Origin: Chiloscyllium plagiosum
Lineage: Eukaryota
Direction of reading: 5' to 3'
NCBI RefSeq assembly: GCF_004010195.1
Contig: NC_057718.1
Span: forward strand, 66,597,351 to 66,661,350
Length of the DNA stretch: 64,000 bases
Made by a program: the position numbers and the translations under genes. The first letter of the stretch is position 1; each line of letters opens with the position of its first letter. Shown here one piece after another: positions 12,752 to 26,614 of this stretch. The notes under the pieces were generated by a model. It ran no database searches. It had not been told where the DNA came from and worked only from the letters and a program-made list of their open reading frames with translations.

Positions 12752-14867
12752 CACAGGAGCCTCGATTATCCGGTTGATGGGTGGGTAGCTTTTCATTTGG
12801 GTAATTGATTATTCAGATAATTGATTTAATTTTAAAATGAAGAAAGCCGTACTGCACATGTGTTAAAAAGCACGTTTACAGAGTTTTATTTTATTCAATC
12901 GCTAAAATTTGTACAAATTCTGGAAATTGCTTAAAAATTCATGACACTTTACAAATCAAATCACTTTTTGTGTACACGTACAGTAAATAAAATTCAATGA
13001 GGTGGAGGCCGGCTACTATTTCCGAAGAAAATATCCAGTTGCTGTTGCTTGAGGTGCTGCTGTCTTTTTTTTGTCAACGACAACATTTGGTGAAGAATAA
13101 TCAACTTAATGGCATCGACTTTGTGTTGTGCTTTGTACCACTCCATGAAAAGTCGCAAACTCTCAATATCTTCATTAACAGGGACTGGAGGTGGTGTTGG
13201 TATCAGATTTTCCTTACCATCCACAGCGCCTGTACTTTCCCACTGTTCTTCTGTGACAACGGTGACTATCTGATCATCGCTGAGTGTCTGTTCCGATGTT
13301 GCCACAGTTCACCCAAGCATTGAAAGTTTCCTAATCCTAGCTGACTGCAGTTTTTGGTGATATCACTGGTCAGCCTTTGATCTGGACGGGTGTCCACTTC
13401 ACTGGCATAGCTACCAACGTGCACGCCATTGTACCAACATGCCGTGACTGTCGATGGCTTGATGCAGTCCTAAGATTCAGCAATCCTGAACGAAGCATTC
13501 TTGATGGTGAATGCCTTCTTAATTTCCTGCACTCTTTTCTCTGCATTGTCTTCACGCAACAAAACGTTAATATTTTTTCATTTTTGCGATGATTCTCTGA
13601 TCCAGTGGTTGCAATCTTGAATTGGGTGGTAAAAACAAACACTTGACAGCTCCGTCTGTTGATTCTAACTGGCTGCCTTTCAATGTATGTGCCTCGGTGT
13701 TGTCAACAAGCAAAAGGGAATGTTGCTCGAGTCCAGTGCTTGCAAAATGTGATCTGACAGCAGGTACAAAATCTTCATGAAAGTGGATATGTCATTCATG
13801 CCTTATTTTGTGCTTTGTACGTCAAAGGAAACGAGTCCTTGAAGCAACATGGATTAGCATATCGCCCTATGCAGACAAGCGGTAATTTATGAGTGCCGAT
13901 GGCATTGACACAAGGGAAAATCATGATGCGATCCTTCTGCACTTTATGTCCTGACACCTGCTTTTCTGCCAAGGATGCAATTGTTTTGTCTGGCATTGCA
14001 AACCAAAACATTCCACTTTCATCAGCAATGTACAACTGCACAGGTTCATACTTTCCTTCATGAATGATGGATTGCAGTTTCTGTCTGTAGCCTTCCACCA
14101 TCCTTTCATCCACGGACTTCTGCTCTCCAAGTGACGATGTTTGAAGCGCTGTAACTAGCCCAATGATACGCAGTGTTCAGACTCACCGGTGTGGAGGAGT
14201 TAATGGAAACTGGCAGCTTTTTCGAGTAGCATCGGGCCAGATACTGGAATCCCCTTGGAATCCCTTTTTCATGCTGCTGTGAAAACCACAAAAACACAAC
14301 TTGGTCGAATTGCTTATCCTTTACTGGCTTCATGTATTTTCTTTTCAAAGCATTTGAGGTGTCACTTTGGCTGATGGATTTCTCAATCGCCAGTCTTGCT
14401 TTCCTGATGTCGGACATGGCCTTTATTTCATTGTTGTACTCCTGTGCAATCTTGGATGCCTTTTCACCCCTATCCAGACGCCATTAAATCTCTTTTCTGT
14501 TCAATTGTCACTGCAGTCTGCTTTATCTTCACAGACATGGTAAGTACATACAATAAACTCGATCAATTATGCCAGATAAGAATTCGGAACAAAGACGTGG
14601 GGGAATGAAGACACCACTGATTTTCAACACTGTGACAATTGATTAAGATTGTTGCACCAGTGTCATTAATACCTCTTTGCTGCAACGTTTGCACATCTTC
14701 TTCAGTGCAGGTAACCCTCATTTATCCTTGTACTGCAAACAAAATACACAATTGTCACACCATGTCAGTAACACCACTTTGTTCTAACGGTTTCACGGGA
14801 CCCTTAGATCCTGTTCAGAAAATCTGTTTTTCGGATAATTGATGGTCAGATAATCGAGGCTCCTCTG
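12752..14867 (-). mobile_element. Tigger/pogo (Tc1-mariner superfamily) DNA transposon with frameshifted transposase (ATG 14538, stop 12994)
   Basis: TIRs cacaggagcctcgattatc (12752) and gataatcgaggctcctctg (ends 14867), followed by TA. Transposase fragments: CENP-B-type HTH (DQVVFLWFSQQHEKGIP), LYIADESGMFW, KDRIMIFPCVNAIGTHKLPLVCIG, LLVDN, KQQQLDIFF. Confidence 0.9.
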
Positions 14868-15205
14868 TACACATTTCTGGAGTAGGTGGGTCTTAAACCC
14901 AGGCTTCCTGGTCAAAAGGTAGGAAACTACCACTGAAACACAAGCGTGCTGATGGCAAACGATACATATTTTCCAATCAACCTGTTCAAAGGTGGTATTA
15001 CACACCTCTTGACTTGAGCCCAGGTCACCTAACTCAGAAGTAAGGACACTATCATTAAGCCACAAGAACCCTGATGCTGAAAGATAGATATTTTCTAATC
15101 AACCTGTTCAGTGATGTTGTTACACATCAAGAGAACGTGGAACTTGAACCCAGGCTTCCTGGCTCAGAGGTAGGGATACAGCAACCGCGCCACAAGTACC
15201 CTGAT
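14868..15205 (-). repeat. Three tandem ~130-bp tRNA-derived SINE-like units; the first is split by the Tigger, with its other half at ~12715-12751
   Basis: Repeating ttttc(c/t)aatcaacctgttca...cttgaacccagg...cacaag. The minus strand has A-box (tggcgcggttg) and B-box (ggttcaagttc) motifs. Confidence 0.65.
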
Positions 15206-17389
15206 GGTAAAATATATGAGGTGATTGAAGACCAGTGGCATTTGCATGTGTCTAGACATGGCAAGCAACAGAAAGAGAAAACGTTGGATACAGGTCAAAT
15301 CTAATAACTCTCAATGTCATCCTCTTAACTATTTTACTTTGGACTATGCAGGCTAATGACAGAGAATCGTCACCGCAACCTCCATCCAATAGTGGACAGC
15401 CACATCCATAGCTAAGAAAACCATAATGGAAACTCTCAGATGTGTGCCAGCCACTAGAATGTATAGCAACAATGCAGTACTGAGAAGATGAAAGATCTTT
15501 CGACAGAAGGTGGAAGCTCCCTTAACGGTTAGTTATTAGTATACTAAATGTTACCGTGGGATGGACTAATTTACTCCCATTTCTTTGGGAGCCATGATTA
15601 CAGGCACAATATTGTCAACAGCAAAATACAGTTGTTAATCAGTTTTGATATACTGATGTATGATGTAATAATTTATCTACTTGTAGTAGAGACCCACTAA
15701 GTGCTCACCAATGCATCATCTAAGGTTGGGATAATTAGAATTGGGAAACATCACAGGGAGCACAGGAGGACGGTAATTCACAGTCCAGGGTACAGAATAT
15801 ACTCTTACAATATATGTGCACGGAGAAGGTATAAAAATTATTCAAACTATTGTCCTAGGTCACTATTAAAATCACTGATCCTAGTCCAAGCAATGTGGCA
15901 CGTTGGCTCAGAATTTAATGTTCAATCATATATTGGTGATATAAGATTTGGAACTACATCTCGCACATACATCAAGCTGTAAAAACATTATATCTTCTTG
16001 ATCAACTTCAGGAGAGATGGGAAATAGGTGCCAGGCCACAGGCTGTTTGAGTGAGTGGTGAATGTGAGGAACATGAGCAAGTTCCTGATGGTTGTAAGTA
16101 GAAATATGCAAATGAAAACCTTAAGTGTTTGGGTCTCTGACCTGGTTCAGGTGAAAGATCTTGGGGAGTTGTGTTACAATCCATTCCCTAGGTGTAAAAC
16201 GCATCTTCCAGATGGCAAGAGAAATTTGCACCAAAGCACAGCACCATACCATCTACTCCTCTCATACCCTGAAACCCCATCAGTAGTAATTCTGACTCAG
16301 CCAATCATCTTGGAAAGTTTGAGGCAGTTCAAACTTGCCCTGCCCAGGGCTATATTCTGAGGAACAGGATGATATACGTATAAGCAAGATTGGAATGTGG
16401 CAATGACCACACCTTCTGTACACATTGACTGACTCTTTTACCATGCAAGACTTTTACCTCATGGTCAGGGCCTTCACTGGTCATGTGGAATCAAACAGCA
16501 ACAAGACCCTGGAAACGTAGTCCACAAGGTAGTGGAAAGGGTCTTAGCCACGAACAACACAACTATTGAGAACAGCTATCAGGCAATCACAAGAAGAAGA
16601 CTCCATATGGACATAGCCAAAGGCATGGCAAAGTTGTTGGAAGACTATGGTAGCGATTAAGCCAAAGTGGCAAGAACACCATTTGACCACTGGAAATGAG
16701 ATTACAACAATCACCAAAGGTTCATGATATTCATGACGTATACAAATAGTGATAATGTAAAATAGGACATATACTATCATGTAAATATACTACATAATCC
16801 TCCACAGTTAACACACTCCAAGGGAAGGAAGGATAGGATATCAGAGGAGATTTTGAAATTTGAATGAGAAAAGTTTCAGGTTTAGCCCAGGTCATCAGGA
16901 CTTTGGGGACACCAAGTCTGTATGAGATCTGAAGTTGGTCAAACACCAGTAGGATCCTCGAGGTAATGGGGCATGGAAGGTCTTGGTGAATGTTCTGCCT
17001 GTCATATTGGCCTAAACGTGGGTCCTAAGGTGTGAATATAAGGGGACATCAGGGGAAGGTAACATTAGATGTTGATGGTAATGTTTGGATGTAGTGCTTT
17101 TGAAAAATGCAAAACTGTGTAGTTGAGCACAGGACTGCCTGAACAAGTTATACATACAAGTTGTAACAAGTTGCAGAGCTAGTAGAATGGAGCAAGCTCT
17201 CAGACTGAAACATATGCCACTTTGTTTAAATGCTTGAAATAAAAACTCTTGCTTACTTGAAACCTGCAGACATGAGAACGGTCTCTTTACGGATAACAAT
17301 GATGAGTTTACCAATTTAAAAAAGTGAACTGGTGACAACAGTTCAGCATTGATCACTGAACATGAACATCTGAATGAGCGTTGGAGAAC

Positions 17390-18200
17390 AGAAAACATAG
17401 GGGCAGACGTAGGCCATTCGGCTCATCGATTCAACTCCCCTGTTCAGTGAGATCATGGCTGATCCACCATTCCTAACTCCACTTTCCTGCTTTATTCTCA
17501 TTAGAGTTACTTATAGAAGTATAGAAAACAGGAGCAGGAATGGGTCTTTTGGCCCTTTGAGTCTATTCAACCATTCAACATTATCAGGGCTGATCATCAA
17601 CTCAGTATCCTATTCCCGATAACTCCCCAAATCCTTTGATCTTCATAGGAAAATCCTTCCATAACCAGGATCAAACTAGTGCTTCCAATAATCAGTAAAT
17701 CTTTGCTGAAATAAAAGGGACCGAAGCTTTTCTGAGTATTCCAGGTACAACACTTCCCAATTTTTAATACTCCATTCTTTTTGAAAAAAAAGCCAACATT
17801 CTATCTGCCTTCCCCATTACTTGCTGAAGTTGGATGCTCACCTTTTGCTATGGTTTAGCATACTCAAATCCCTTTGTGCTGCAGTTTTCAGTGGTCTTTC
17901 CCCATTTAAATAATATTCCAACTGTAGTTATTTTTCCCATTCATTTAACCTGCCTATATCTCTCAAACTCCATGCGTCATTCTCACTACATGCCTTTCTA
18001 CTAATTTTTGTGTCAGCCACAAACTTGGAGATAGTACACTCAATACTGTGATCCCAGTTAACATATATTGTAAATAATTGTGATCCATTCCCTTTACCTT
18101 GACTCATCTTTAGTCAGTCAATCCCCTATCCATGCCAATATACTACCCCGAACACCTTAGGACTTCGATGTACAGTACTTTACCGAATGCCTATGCAGCA
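17390..18200 (-). mobile_element. Old CR1 fragments including two 3' ends
   Basis: Reverse-complemented CR1 3' terminal motifs (aggccattcggctcatcga...atcatggctgatc). Confidence 0.6.
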
Positions 18201-20004
18201 ATGTAAAGGAGAAGGAATTCTTGATGAAAAATCAGAATAATTAGTTGAATACAGAATTAAAAGTCAGATTAATGAACAATTGGAATTTTGTTGTCAAATG
18301 ATGTCTGAAATCTGATACAGTCTGGAAAGACACTGCAGCTCTTGGAGGGAACTGCTGCAGACAATGAAGATACAGACCACTGAGAGAATGCATTGGAAGG
18401 TATGTGATAGCATTGTGTCAAAGGGATTAAGGGCCAAGATACAGAGAGCAATAGGATATAACGTGTCAGGAAGGAGAAAGGGAAGCAAACAGTCACAAGA
18501 TGTGCAGAAGTCAACAAAGAAGGTTTTGGTAAAGAAGTGTCTGGAAGACCTGGGTTCACCTTAAGATGGCAGGCGAATGTTTTACTGTTCAAACTTTGAT
18601 AGTTTTTTTTTGCTTGCTCAAAATTGTGGAATCTAGTTGTTTTATTCTTTTTGTAAGTCATTGGGATCTTATACTTTGCTTTAAAAATGTTACTGGTCCC
18701 TATTCAGACTGTCACATCATTTTGGTGGTTTTGTCTAGGATCAATACAAAGCTGCAGTTGTGTAGAGAAGTGGAAACCTCACCAAGGGCATAAATTTCAG
18801 GTGAAACAACATATTCAAGTACCCGAGATGAAAAGAAGATTGGCAAGTTACGAGGACAGTTGATAGTTTTTTTTTAAAGGAGATAGCTGTACCTGGCAAT
18901 CTGAAGGAGAGGGGGATGGTGTTTGAAAAGAGAGAACTGTTAACAATATCAATTAATATTTTAGACCAGGAATAGCTGGTTCAACCTTTCTCAGTCATTT
19001 GTTAAGAAACTCAGCAGTTTAGGAAGAATAATGTCCATCTTTACAGCCTAGGAATCCTCTTCAATTTCAACTCCTTACAGCCATGTGGCCATATTTTTAC
19101 TTAACAACAAGCTGTCTTCACACTGAATAGTTTTGAATTTCATATTTATCAGCAGTATATTCCATTTTCAACAGTTTTTAAAGAAGTTGCACTTTATATT
19201 GTGTTCACAACATTTCCCAATGCAACACTAAATTAAAATTTTAAAAACACTTTTCAAATATAAATGCTACGTGACATGAGAATTTTTATGCACCAGAAAA
19301 CCTATAATTAAAAATATATCATAAAATAATGGACTAAATAAAACAAACTATTTTATTAAATTTAAATCATAGGATCCTAATACCTTAGAAGGTATTCAGT
19401 CCACTTTGTCTGAACTAGTTCTTTCAAAGAATAATCTAGTTAGACCTCAAAACCTGTTTTTTTAAATCCCCCATAACCCTACATTTTATTTTGTCCTTCA
19501 AATAGTTATCTATTTTGCTTTTGAAATTTACAAATCGTTTTCCATTGCCCTGTCAGGAAATGCATTTCAAATCCTAACAAGTTGTTCTTCATGTTACCTT
19601 GATTTTTTCGTGTGGATCATCTTAAAACTTCTGGTTATCAAACCTTCAGCTGCTGGAAACAGTTCCTTTATTCACTCTTATCAAATGTCTACTTCGCATT
19701 CTCTACACTAAGCAACTTTGCATCCTCAGCAACAGTGCTGCTTTTGAAAATAGAAATTTATACAGTACTACTAACTGTTCAGTTAATAAACTAAATACTT
19801 TTAATCAATTCTGATGTACTGCCTGTGATTGGCTGTTTGTAATACAGCATTGAAAGATTTTTTGTATCGTTTAAACTTTGTGGCATGTTTTCTTTTATTA
19901 ATTAAATAGGAAGAGAGCAATAAGTTTTCTCTTCATCTCTGTCTGGGTTAATGGATGTTAAGTAATGAGCCAATTTCATCTCTCACCACTTATGTACTGT
20001 TTGT

Positions 20005-20230
20005 AGAGGGTTGGTTAGCTAAGTTGGCTGGATGGCTGGTTTGTGATGCAAAGGAACACCAACAGCATGGATACAATTTCCACACCACCTGAGGTTACCC
20101 TAAAGATCCACCTTCTCAACCTTGACCCTTGCCTGAATTGTGATGACCCTCAAGTTAAACTCACCACTAGCTGTGTCTCACTGATAAAAGAGCAGCCTTC
20201 TGGTCTTCTAGAACAAAGGCAACTTTGTTG
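20005..20230 (+). mobile_element. tRNA-derived SINE-like element
   Basis: Head ggttggttagctaagttggctggatggctgg resembles an A-box; the B-box is degenerate. Confidence 0.45.
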
Positions 20231-20486
20231 TTTGTAGATGTGTGGTGGTGAGCAATTTGTCCACACTAATTATACTAACCCTGGCAACTTTTGTTTGAAT
20301 TACTGTGTCTAATACTGGGCATCACCTTTTAAGAAAAGTGTTTAGATTTATTAGAATCATTCCAAGATGAAGGTCATGGCAATGAAGGTCATACAGTTAT
20401 AGACTGTATTTGGATTAATACAGATATGATGACATATGTCTCTAATAATGTAAAATATTAATTCGCAAAAAGCATTATTAGACAAA

Positions 20487-20627
20487 TTTGGCCATGCTAA
20501 ATTGCCCGTAGTGTTAGGTAAGGGGTAAATGTAGGGGTATGGGTGGGTTTCGCTTCGGCGGGTCGGTGTGGACTTGTTGGGCCGAAGGGCCTGTTTCCAC
20601 ACTCTAATCTAATCTCTAATCTAATCT
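20487..20627 (+). mobile_element. 5'-truncated HE1-type SINE
   Basis: ttggccatgctaaattgcccgtagtg...gggccgaagggcctgtttccacact followed by a (ctaat)n tail. Confidence 0.85.
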
Positions 20628-22759
20628 GAACACCAAATATTTGAAGTGAACAGTATAGATACACTTAATGAAAAATTAGGTAAACATATAAGAATTAGGA
20701 GAATTAAAGGTTATGTTGACAGGAGTTAAATGAGGATGGATGGGAAGTGGTTTAAGTGGATTATCCACTGTCATGTATTGATTGGGCTAAATGGAGTGAT
20801 GCTATCCAGTGTATCCTTGTGTAATGCTATATAAAATGGAGTACATATTAGTAAACATGGAAGCTTCCTTTTAAAAAAAAAGATGCTTACTTTTGACTTG
20901 TGATCACTAGTCAATTAAATGTTTAGGTTAAATAAATCCAGCAGGCCATTTTATTAAAATAACTCTCCAGGCTAACACTGAAAAGGAATGCTTATGTATT
21001 TTTCCTAATTAGATGACAGTCAACCTATAAGCAGGAACATTTTCAAGATTAATGAGTATAATAGTACTTTAACACCTTGTAATTCTCAGCAAAACACAAT
21101 TAGAGGAGATATGAAGATAGATACAGTACAACTGAAAAACCAACAAAACAACAAGGCACAAATTAAGCTTCACAGCCTGCATTCCCTACTAATGCAAACA
21201 CATTTTGCTGCAGTGCTTCACTGTTCAATTAAAAAGTGAGCTCTCCAACTGTCCACTTCATTATTTATTCTCAACACAACTGTCCTTTCTTTTCAATCCC
21301 TGCTTTTAACTAGTTACAGAAGTTTTCAGGATACATCTTTACTTTCATATATTTGCCTTCAGACCTGCTGTTACCATTTATGGCACGTAGCTGCAATTTT
21401 CAATCAAGGCTGTCTGGTATCATTTCAGGGTGTAAAGATCAAAGAAGAATTATAAAAAACAGTATCTGAATAACTTTATTTCAAAACTCCAGCTTTTTTT
21501 CCCGTCCCCACCACATAAATTGACCACCTCCAACACCAACCACCACCCTCCCAGTGTACTCAAGTTTTACAGAAATTATCTGTGCGGTGGCTTACTTAAG
21601 AGCTTTTTACAATTATGACATACTATATTTCATATGGTTCAAACACATTTTGATTACATCTAAGATTCTACACAGCTGGAATGCTACAAAGGAATTTCAA
21701 TTCATAATGCCATCCTCAGTATTCATTTCAGTGAATGTACTTATATTACATTTTAAAATATTAGTCAACAGTGTAATTAGTTTAAACTGAGCTTTGTTCA
21801 GTCAAGTTGCCAACAAAATGTTCCTTTAAAATCAGTTTTTGTGGGTAAGAACATTCAAGCAATAAAGCAGCTGTCTACCAAACTCTTAAAAATGCTAAAA
21901 TATTTTCATCACTTCAGAAATAAAAGATTTACACATGAACATACAAAAATGGTTGAGAGCGACAGATCAAGAGGTTCAACAAGCCTTGTCCAGACAATAA
22001 CACTGAAACTGCATCATAAACCACACACACTATCAGTCATGTATATCAGAGAAGTAAAACCTTCCTCAACTACAGCAATAGACAACATAGTTAAAAGGAG
22101 AATCATTTTGTAGCCATACAACCTGAAAGAGGGCACAGAAAGTTAAAAAGGCAGTTAAGTAAGTATATGGGATACTTGGCTTCGGATACAAACACTGAAC
22201 GAAAGAAGCAAGGATGTAACGTTACACCTTTGCAAGCCATTGATCAGTCTCATCTGCAGTACAGGTATCATGTAAAATTCTTGGCACCATACTTCACAAG
22301 GATTATGCCCTTCTGGTATGTGCAGAAAGATTGCTAGAGCTATGGTTGTTTTGCTTAGAGGACAGATTTAGACCTTCCCTTATACATCTATAAGTAGTAC
22401 TCAAAACTGTCAGGGGTTTTGATACAGCAAGTCAGTCAGCATTCAGAGGTCATAAATTTAAAATTCTGTAAAAGAACTAGAGTAGAAATAAAGAGAAATT
22501 ATTTTACAGTGTTCTATGATCCAAAATGCGTTGCAGGAAGAGTAAGAGAAACAGATTCCACTGAGCTTTGAAACGACAATAGGACATGAAGTTGAAAAAT
22601 ACTAATTTGCAGATTTAAGGAGAAAAAAGCTGCAGTGCTGTAGGAATAAACAGACATCTCTTTCAAAGACCTTGTACAAGTAGGAAGGGGTAAATGACAT
22701 CTTTGTGTTGTAAGATACTATAAAATCTGCACCTGATAGATTAAATAAACTTGAAATAT

Positions 22760-24897
22760 AAAGCAAGGAGTGCACTTCTAACCACCTCCGCAAGGCCATT
22801 AGATACACTAAAAAGCAATAGCAGGCTAAGTTAGAAACCCAAATTACCCACACGGATATCCACCGCTGTGGCAAGGCGGTGGATATAACATAACGGAATA
22901 AAAAATGAAGCAGGACAGAATAACAGACAAAAACACATCCCTCCCTGATGTGCTCAATGCTTTTTACATTCGGTTCAAGCAGAATGCCAGTGGAATGGTG
23001 TCACCTGTCCCACGAGCACCCGACACACCCGATCCTTCAGACACCACTGCGGCCATTAGGCTGGCTTTCTTGACAGTGAGTGCAAGGAAAGTGCATGGCC
23101 CAGATGGAGATCCACTCAGATCCTTTGTGGACCAGCAGGCAGGACTACAGGCTGACATCTTTAACCTCTCCCTGCTACATTCTGAAGTCCCCACCTGCTT
23201 CAAGAACTTCACCACCAGCTCGGTACTAGGGCGTCACCGTGGCTCAATGGTTAGTACTGCTGCCTCTCAGTGCCAGGAACCCGGGTTCGATTCCAGCCTC
23301 AGGCGACAGTCTGTGTGGAGTTTGCACATTCTCGCTGTTTCTTCATGGGTTTCCTCCCTCAGACCAAAGACGTGCAGGTTGGGTGAATTGGCCACGCTAA
23401 ATCGCCCATACTGTTCAGGGATGTGTAGGTTAGGTGCAACAATCAGGGGAAACGTAGAGCAATAGAGTAGGGGAATGGATCTGGGTGGGTTACTCTTTGG
23501 AGATTCGGTGTAGACTTGTTGGGCCAAAGGGCCTGTTTCCACACCATAAGGATACTACATAAAAAAAATTAAATACACACAAAATGCCTCAATTACTAGC
23601 GTCCGGTGGCTCTGACCGTCATAATTATAATCAAAAGTTTAGTCCTAGCTCACATCATCTCTCGTCTCCCAGCCTGCCTCAATCCTTTGCAATTTGCCTA
23701 TCAGCACAACAGGTCCATAGCAGATGCTATTTCTTTAGCTCTATAGTCATCCCTGAATCATCTGGATAACAAGGATACCTACGTCAGGCTTCTACTTATC
23801 GACTGCAGCTCCAACTTCAACATTATAATCCAACCAAACTAATCTCCAAACTCAGAGCTCAAACTAATCTCAGACACAGGTCTCTGCGCCGCCCTCTGTA
23901 ACTGGATCCTCAACTTCCTGACCCAGACTGGAATCAGTAAAGGTAGACACATCACCCCTGTATGACAATCCTCAACAACGGTGCCCTGCAACGATGCGTA
24001 TTCAGCCCCCTACTGTACTCCCTGTACACTCATGACTGTGTGGCCAAATTTCGTCCGAACTCCATCTAGAAGTTCGCTGATGTAGACTGGATAGATGAGA
24101 CCGAATACAGGAAGGAGATACAATACTTGGTGATGTTAATCAAAGATAACAATCTCTCCCTCAATGTCAGCAAAACTAAACAGCTGATCAGGAAGCAAGA
24201 AGGAGGACATGCGCCTTCTACATCAATGGAGCTGAGATGGGGAGGATAGACAGCATCAAGTTTCCTCGGAATGACGATAACCAACAATCTCTCCTGGACC
24301 ACCCATGTAGATGCAACTCAAGAAGGCACAACAACAATACCTCAAATTGCTCATGAGTTAAGGAAATTTGACATTTCCATAAGGACTCTCATCAACGTTT
24401 ACAGATTACCACATAAAGCATGCATCCAGATAGAACAACGGCTGGGTACAACAACTATACAGTCCAGGACCGTAAGAAACTACAGATAGTCACGAATACA
24501 GCTAACACACAAGCCAACCTCACACCCATTGAGTCCATCTACACTTCTCTTTACTGTGGAAAGACAGCCAACATTATCAAAGACCCCTCCCAACCTGGTT
24601 ATAACCCCTTCCAAACTCTTCCATCAGGCAGATGATACAAAAGCTTAAACATGTAGCACCAGGTTCAAGAATAGTTTCTTCCCAGCTGTCACTAGACTGC
24701 TGAATGGACCTCTCAAAGTTAAATCTAATGTTGATCGTGCTTTTGTACACTTTCTGTGTAGCTGTAACTTGGTATGCCTCATTCTGTTAAATCACCCTAT
24801 GATCTGTATGTCCTTGTATGTTGTGATCTGTCTGTACTGCAAAGCTTTTCACTGTACTTAGGCAGATGTGACAATAATAAATCAAATAAAATCAATC
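22760..24897 (+). mobile_element. Rex1/Babar-like LINE (degraded RT), ending ~40 nt from the TFB1M exon 5 donor
   Basis: SLPDVLNAFYIRF, GPDG, DIFNLSLL.SEVPTCFK, WILNFLT, GALQRCVFSPLLYSLYTHDC, KFAD, NIIKDPSQPG; short aaatc-type 3' tail. Confidence 0.75.
23228..23549 (+). mobile_element. HE1-type V-SINE (tRNA head) inserted in the Rex-like LINE
   Basis: gtggctcaatggttagtactgctgcctc...ccgggttcgattcc...ctgtgtggagtttgcacattctc (V-domain) with a CR1-like tail. Confidence 0.9.
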
Positions 24898-24925
24898 CCA
24901 CACTCAGGACTCTAAACATTAGTTA

Positions 24926-25111
<186 letters not shown>

Positions 25112-26614
25112 TTATAACCAGACTGTATATGAGCATAAAGTGAGTTCACGAACAAACAAAACAGTCACTGAGTTACATTGTCTTCAGTTACAATGAGTGA
25201 AGGCATCTTTAATTTTATTTGTATCAGACACTGATTGCAGTTATTTCATTTTTTCATAAGCAAAAAACAAAGTCACTGAATGATACAAGTTTAATTTTTA
25301 AAACAAATTTTCATCCAAGAAAACAAACGAGCTCGGCTTTGCAAAGGCATGTGGTTGCTGTCTTTCTGTCAGCATTTGCCCTCTAAAACTGACCTCAACT
25401 TCAGGATGTCAGTATTTATAGATATGTGTGGAAATCCTGATTGATGCAGTCTGCCATTAAAGCTCCACAACAGTATAACATGTTTCAGCCTCACAGCCAA
25501 TCATTGAAAATAGCAACAGTTTCAACATTGCTGCTTACAAATTAGTGTTGGAAAACCCACATCTCTCAGTGTGGCTTACTTTATAGTTTGACCTTCAGCA
25601 GTGGAAATTTAGCCAATTAGGTCATGGTACCCCTTTAACTGAAAAAAACCTATGCAAAACTGTTTAGCATAATTGAACAGAAAATGGCAAAACTAATTTT
25701 AACAACATTAGTACCTAATCATTTAGTTAACACTGTCAGACTGAGCTGGACAAAGTGTAGGGATCCACAGGGTATTCCAAAATGTAGGAAATCCCAATTA
25801 GACCATCAAAACAACTGATTTGCCTGACTTTTGCTATTCAGGAAAAAATCAATTCATATCAGCTTTCATCATTAATGGAAAATTACTATTCTTTCTAACA
25901 CTTAATTTTAACCACAGACAAATAGAAGAATATGCAACTGAAACCATATCCTTCAAAACCCCTAAATATACATATATTCATGACTGAAAAGAACATTTAA
26001 CACAGTTACTATAGTGGAAAAATAACAGAGGGTAAACAAATTCTGAAGATCACAAATCAAGATTAAATGCAAGTTACATTTTCCCATACTGTGCTTTTAA
26101 TTTTTAACACTGATGACACACTGTTGTCCACAGAGTGATGGCTGTTCTTTGTTTTGATAGTTTGTTTTAGGTTGTTTGATTTGAGAGACGGATAGACATA
26201 CGGAGATAGAGACAGACAAGAGTTGGGAGTGAGGAGAAGTGTGGATGTTTTCAATTTGCAGAATGTTTCTCGGTATTACCCTGGCACCGGCCGCTCTTTA
26301 ACATTCTGCATTCCAACCGCAGGGCTGTCAACTGGCGCATTTTTCTTTACTCCTGGGACCACTCAAAGGGAGAATTCTCCCCTTCAGTGGTTTAAAAAAA
26401 GCAACATGGCATTGCAGAACTCAAATATATGCAGCACTTCATTTTCAAGTTGCAAAACTCTCCTGGTATTTCAGTTACATAGCAATTTCGGCTTATTGTC
26501 CCAAAAAGAAAGAGATGGGGTCTTAAACACATTCTGATAGTGTTGTTTTAAAACAACAAACTAGTACTAACAAATCAAGCAAAATTAATTTGATTTGAAG
26601 ACCATTCAGTTGTC

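Larger units (their letters stand above)
10800..17298 (+). mobile_element. Degraded endogenous retrovirus, spuma/lokiretrovirus-like: RT ~10800-11220, integrase ~11700-12050, putative env ~15210-16850, putative 3' LTR ~16854-17298; interrupted by SINEs and a Tigger
   Basis: RT: LTTVDILNGF*TI (10924), KQYTW (11010), SIFHQAM, LLQ..LLIA. IN: VAKFLTELIPNRGMPLQGDSDHGT (11787) and PYHPQS*SMVKRMNQTL (11909). Purine tract ~16820-16850, TG at 16854, AATAAA at 17238, CA at 17297. The env and LTR calls are weaker than the pol call. Confidence 0.65.

Noticed and set aside
12994..14538. Domesticated Tigger-derived gene (TIGD/JRK-like)
   Set aside because: Multiple frameshifts and retained TIRs indicate a dead transposon copy.
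26110..26185. Possible intronic C/D snoRNA (tgatga box C-like)
   Set aside because: No suitably placed CTGA box D or terminal stem.
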